NCBI GenBank assembly: GCA_030390025.1
Contig: CM059432.1
Location: forward strand, 87,484,001-87,548,000
Source: Squalus acanthias
Taxonomy: Eukaryota
Reading direction: 5' to 3'
DNA length: 64,000 nt
The translations under genes were made by a program, and so were the position numbers. Below the pieces are notes generated by a model. It searched no databases. It was not told where the DNA came from and worked only from the letters and a program-made list of their open reading frames with translations. This document shows positions 61,743 through 64,000 of the stretch, in pieces; the stretch's first letter is position 1; each line of letters starts with the position of its first letter.

Positions 61743-63569
61743 ATGGAGAGGGTGAGAGAACGCGCTCATCGCTTCACCGAGTGGGCCTTGGATGCTCTGG
61801 TTGGCGCGGTGGAGCGCAGACGATGTATGCTCTTCCCTGAGAGTGGCAGGAGGCCTTTGCCACGCGAGTCCAGAAGAGTGTGGAGGGAGGTGGCTCAGAG
61901 CATCTCCTCCAGGAGCATGGTGCCCAGGACCCATACTCAATGCCGCAAAAAGTTCAACGACCTCACTCGGGTCGTCAGGGTGAGTGGCTTTTTCTCAATA
62001 CCTCTCCATCCCTCCATCTCAACCTCACTCTATGGCCAGAGGGTCTTAAAACCCCAATGCACAACACTCATCCAACACCTATGGCCCTTTCATCAAACAC
62101 ACACACACATTCCACACTTTGCATACAGTAAGGGCTATTCACCTATGGGAGGCACATCAGGCAAGACCATGGCTGCATACAGTAAGGGCTATTCACCTAT
62201 GGGAGGCACATCAGGCAAGACCATGGCTGTATATTTACTCAGATGCTGTCCTTTTTCTTGCAGGCCAAGCTGGCTCATAATAGGAGACAGCAGCAACGGA
62301 CAGGTGGAGGGCGGCCTCAGCTGCAACCCCTCAGCGATCTTGAGGAGCGCGTCCACAGGATTGTGGCAAGCCGGGTGATCGGTCCCGTCGCCACTGGAGA
62401 CGCCGACCCCGTTCTGGACAGCAATGGTAAGGTCATCACCTTTTTGTCCTCTGTCCTTCCACTTGTCCCTCACAACACCAGCCTTTGACACTTTCAATCC
62501 AACTTGCTAACTCGCTGCACTTATTCCTCCCTTACTGCCACCCTGTCCTCACGCTAAAGCCACTCTTGTACCTCCCTGCTTTCAGATGGTGATTCACCAG
62601 CTGAGGAGACGGGCCCTGAAGCTGCCACTGGGAGTGATGCTGCAGCTGAGGAGGAAGAGGAAGCCAGAGCATCAGTGCCACCCTCTCCCGAGGAAGCCCA
62701 TGCCGACACTGGGAACACGCCTTCCCCGGAGGGGAGCAGGGGGGAAGGGGCTGATGAGGGTGAAGCTCCAGGACCCAGTGGGCTGCAGCAACGCCATGGG
62801 GGGGGGGGGTAGGGAAGAACGGGGGCCTTTTCCCCAGAGGGAGAGTATGCCAGACACTCCTACTGCAATGGACGCAGAGGAGGAGCGGCTGATCGCAGAA
62901 ATGAACACCCAGGCAGTGGGCATGCACACTGAGCTCATGGGTGCAGTGGGAAGGGTGCCCGAATGCATTGAGTCACTGGCAAGGAGTGTGGAGCACTTCG
63001 CTGTAGCACAGGCGGATGCCACACTAACGCTTAGTGCTGCAATTCAGTCACTGGCTGCCGTGATCCCATCTCTGACTGCTCTGATACAGACTCAGATTGA
63101 GGCCACGCGAGCACAGACTGCTGCCAACCTCGATGGTTCGTGCACATGTCCCCGGGGCTGTCACCGTGCCGCAGCAGGCCAGCAATCTGTTCTCCGGCAG
63201 ATTGCTCCGGATGCTGAAGTGCTGCCCCGTGGGAGTGCCAGTGTGTCGGGCGAGCAGGGAGTTGCTGTCCTCTCTCACGATGACAGCATTCCTGCTGCCA
63301 ACACTGTCACTTCTCCACTGCACTTGCCACCGCCTGTAGGACAGACTGCTGCCGCCCATGCAGAGTTGGTGCAGTCTGCAGCCGGGCCCTCCAGGCCCAG
63401 AAGTGGTCGAGGCCGTCCTTCAGGGGCATCTGCAGTGTCAGGGTCTGACGAGCAGCAGCCTTCCACCAGCCTTGCTGCAGCCACTGAGGTCCCATTACGG
63501 AGGAGCAGTAGGGTTAGAAGGGGGGAAGTGCGCAAGGGAAGGAGATCACCCTCGAAGGGCAAAAAGTAG
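61743..63569 (+). CDS. Harbinger Myb/SANT DNA-binding protein; exons 61743-61979, 62264-62426 and 62586-63569, single frameshift at a G12 run
   Basis: MERVRERAHRFTEWALDALV..WREVAQSI..RTHTQCRKKFNDL | AKLAHNRRQQQRTGGG | acidic exon 3. GT-AG junctions sit at the same positions as in the two sibling genes. Confidence 0.75.
62121..62228. repeat. Perfect 54-bp tandem duplication in Myb intron 1
   Basis: gcatacagtaagggctattcacctatgggaggcacatcaggcaagaccatggct occurs twice. Confidence 0.92.
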
Positions 63570-63863
63570 GAGGTGTGACAAAACGCTGGTCATTTTTTTA
63601 TTAAAGGTCGAGGTTCGTGGTCCAACTTTTGTTTAGTGTTTTGGACATTATCTCCAGGTTGTGAGAACCAGTTATGTTATTGACTGTTTTTTTGTGTTTA
63701 TTTCTATGAGTTTGTCATGAGGAATTGACACACACAGAGTTTGTAAAATAAATAAGTTTCTGTATTCAAAATATACATGGTTGGTCGTTGGAATTATTGG
63801 TGCCTTGGCCGGCTTAGGGGTTGCGTGCTGGGTTCATTAATGTTGGTAGCAATGGCAGGGGCC

Positions 63864-64000
63864 CTAGAAGCGGCTTGCTATTAGCCGTTGACGGACGGCC
63901 CTTGCAGTTTGACCATTGTGGGCCGCCCTCCTGCCTTGGTGCTGCTGATGATCATCATCCTCGTCCTCTTCCTCCTCTTCCTCCTCCTCCTCTGGTGGTG
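63864..64000 (-). CDS. C-terminus of Harbinger transposase (partial)
   Basis: PPEEEEEEEEEEDEDDD..ARAVRQRLIASRF*, matching the acidic tail plus LI..F end of the other transposases in this window. Confidence 0.7.
   Translation of the reverse strand, partial: PPEEEEEEEEEDEDDDHQQHQGRRAAHNGQTARAVRQRLIASRF

Larger units (their letters stand above)
61384..64000. mobile_element. Young two-gene Harbinger element running off the window
   Basis: End GGGGTAGAAATTAGG after CTA, Myb gene on +, transposase C-terminus on -. Confidence 0.85.

Noticed and set aside
62121..62228. CRISPR-like or regulatory repeat array
   Set aside because: It is a simple two-unit tandem duplication without spacers in a eukaryotic intron.

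Overview
This is a eukaryotic, transposon-saturated window, most likely from a cartilaginous fish. That inference rests on Deu-domain SINEs resembling the dogfish SacSINE1 type together with the CR1/L2/RTE/Penelope mix. I could not support any host protein-coding gene. About two thirds of the sequence is nested mobile DNA: CR1, L2 and RTE LINEs, tRNA-derived SINEs, Penelope-like elements (RT + GIY-YIG) in fold-back arrangement carrying minimal hammerhead ribozyme motifs, a 1.68-kb solo LTR, and an extensive PIF/Harbinger family. The Harbinger family includes two-gene elements (DDE transposase plus a convergent three-exon Myb/SANT NAIF1-like gene), deletion derivatives and several MITE families with 3-bp TSDs. 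Six observations stand out: (1) hammerhead-capped palindromic Penelope elements from 0.2 to 4.3 kb; (2) two different Harbinger elements inserted exactly at the hammerhead cleavage triplet; (3) two different Penelope subfamilies inserted at the same base of a locally duplicated target; (4) a near-intact spliced Myb/SANT gene broken only at a G12 run; (5) a MITE family with a covarying 18-bp hairpin and conserved splice-donor motifs; (6) a solo LTR whose long R-like region contains an intron-like segment. All calls are by eye. Boundaries without a stated TSD are approximate.
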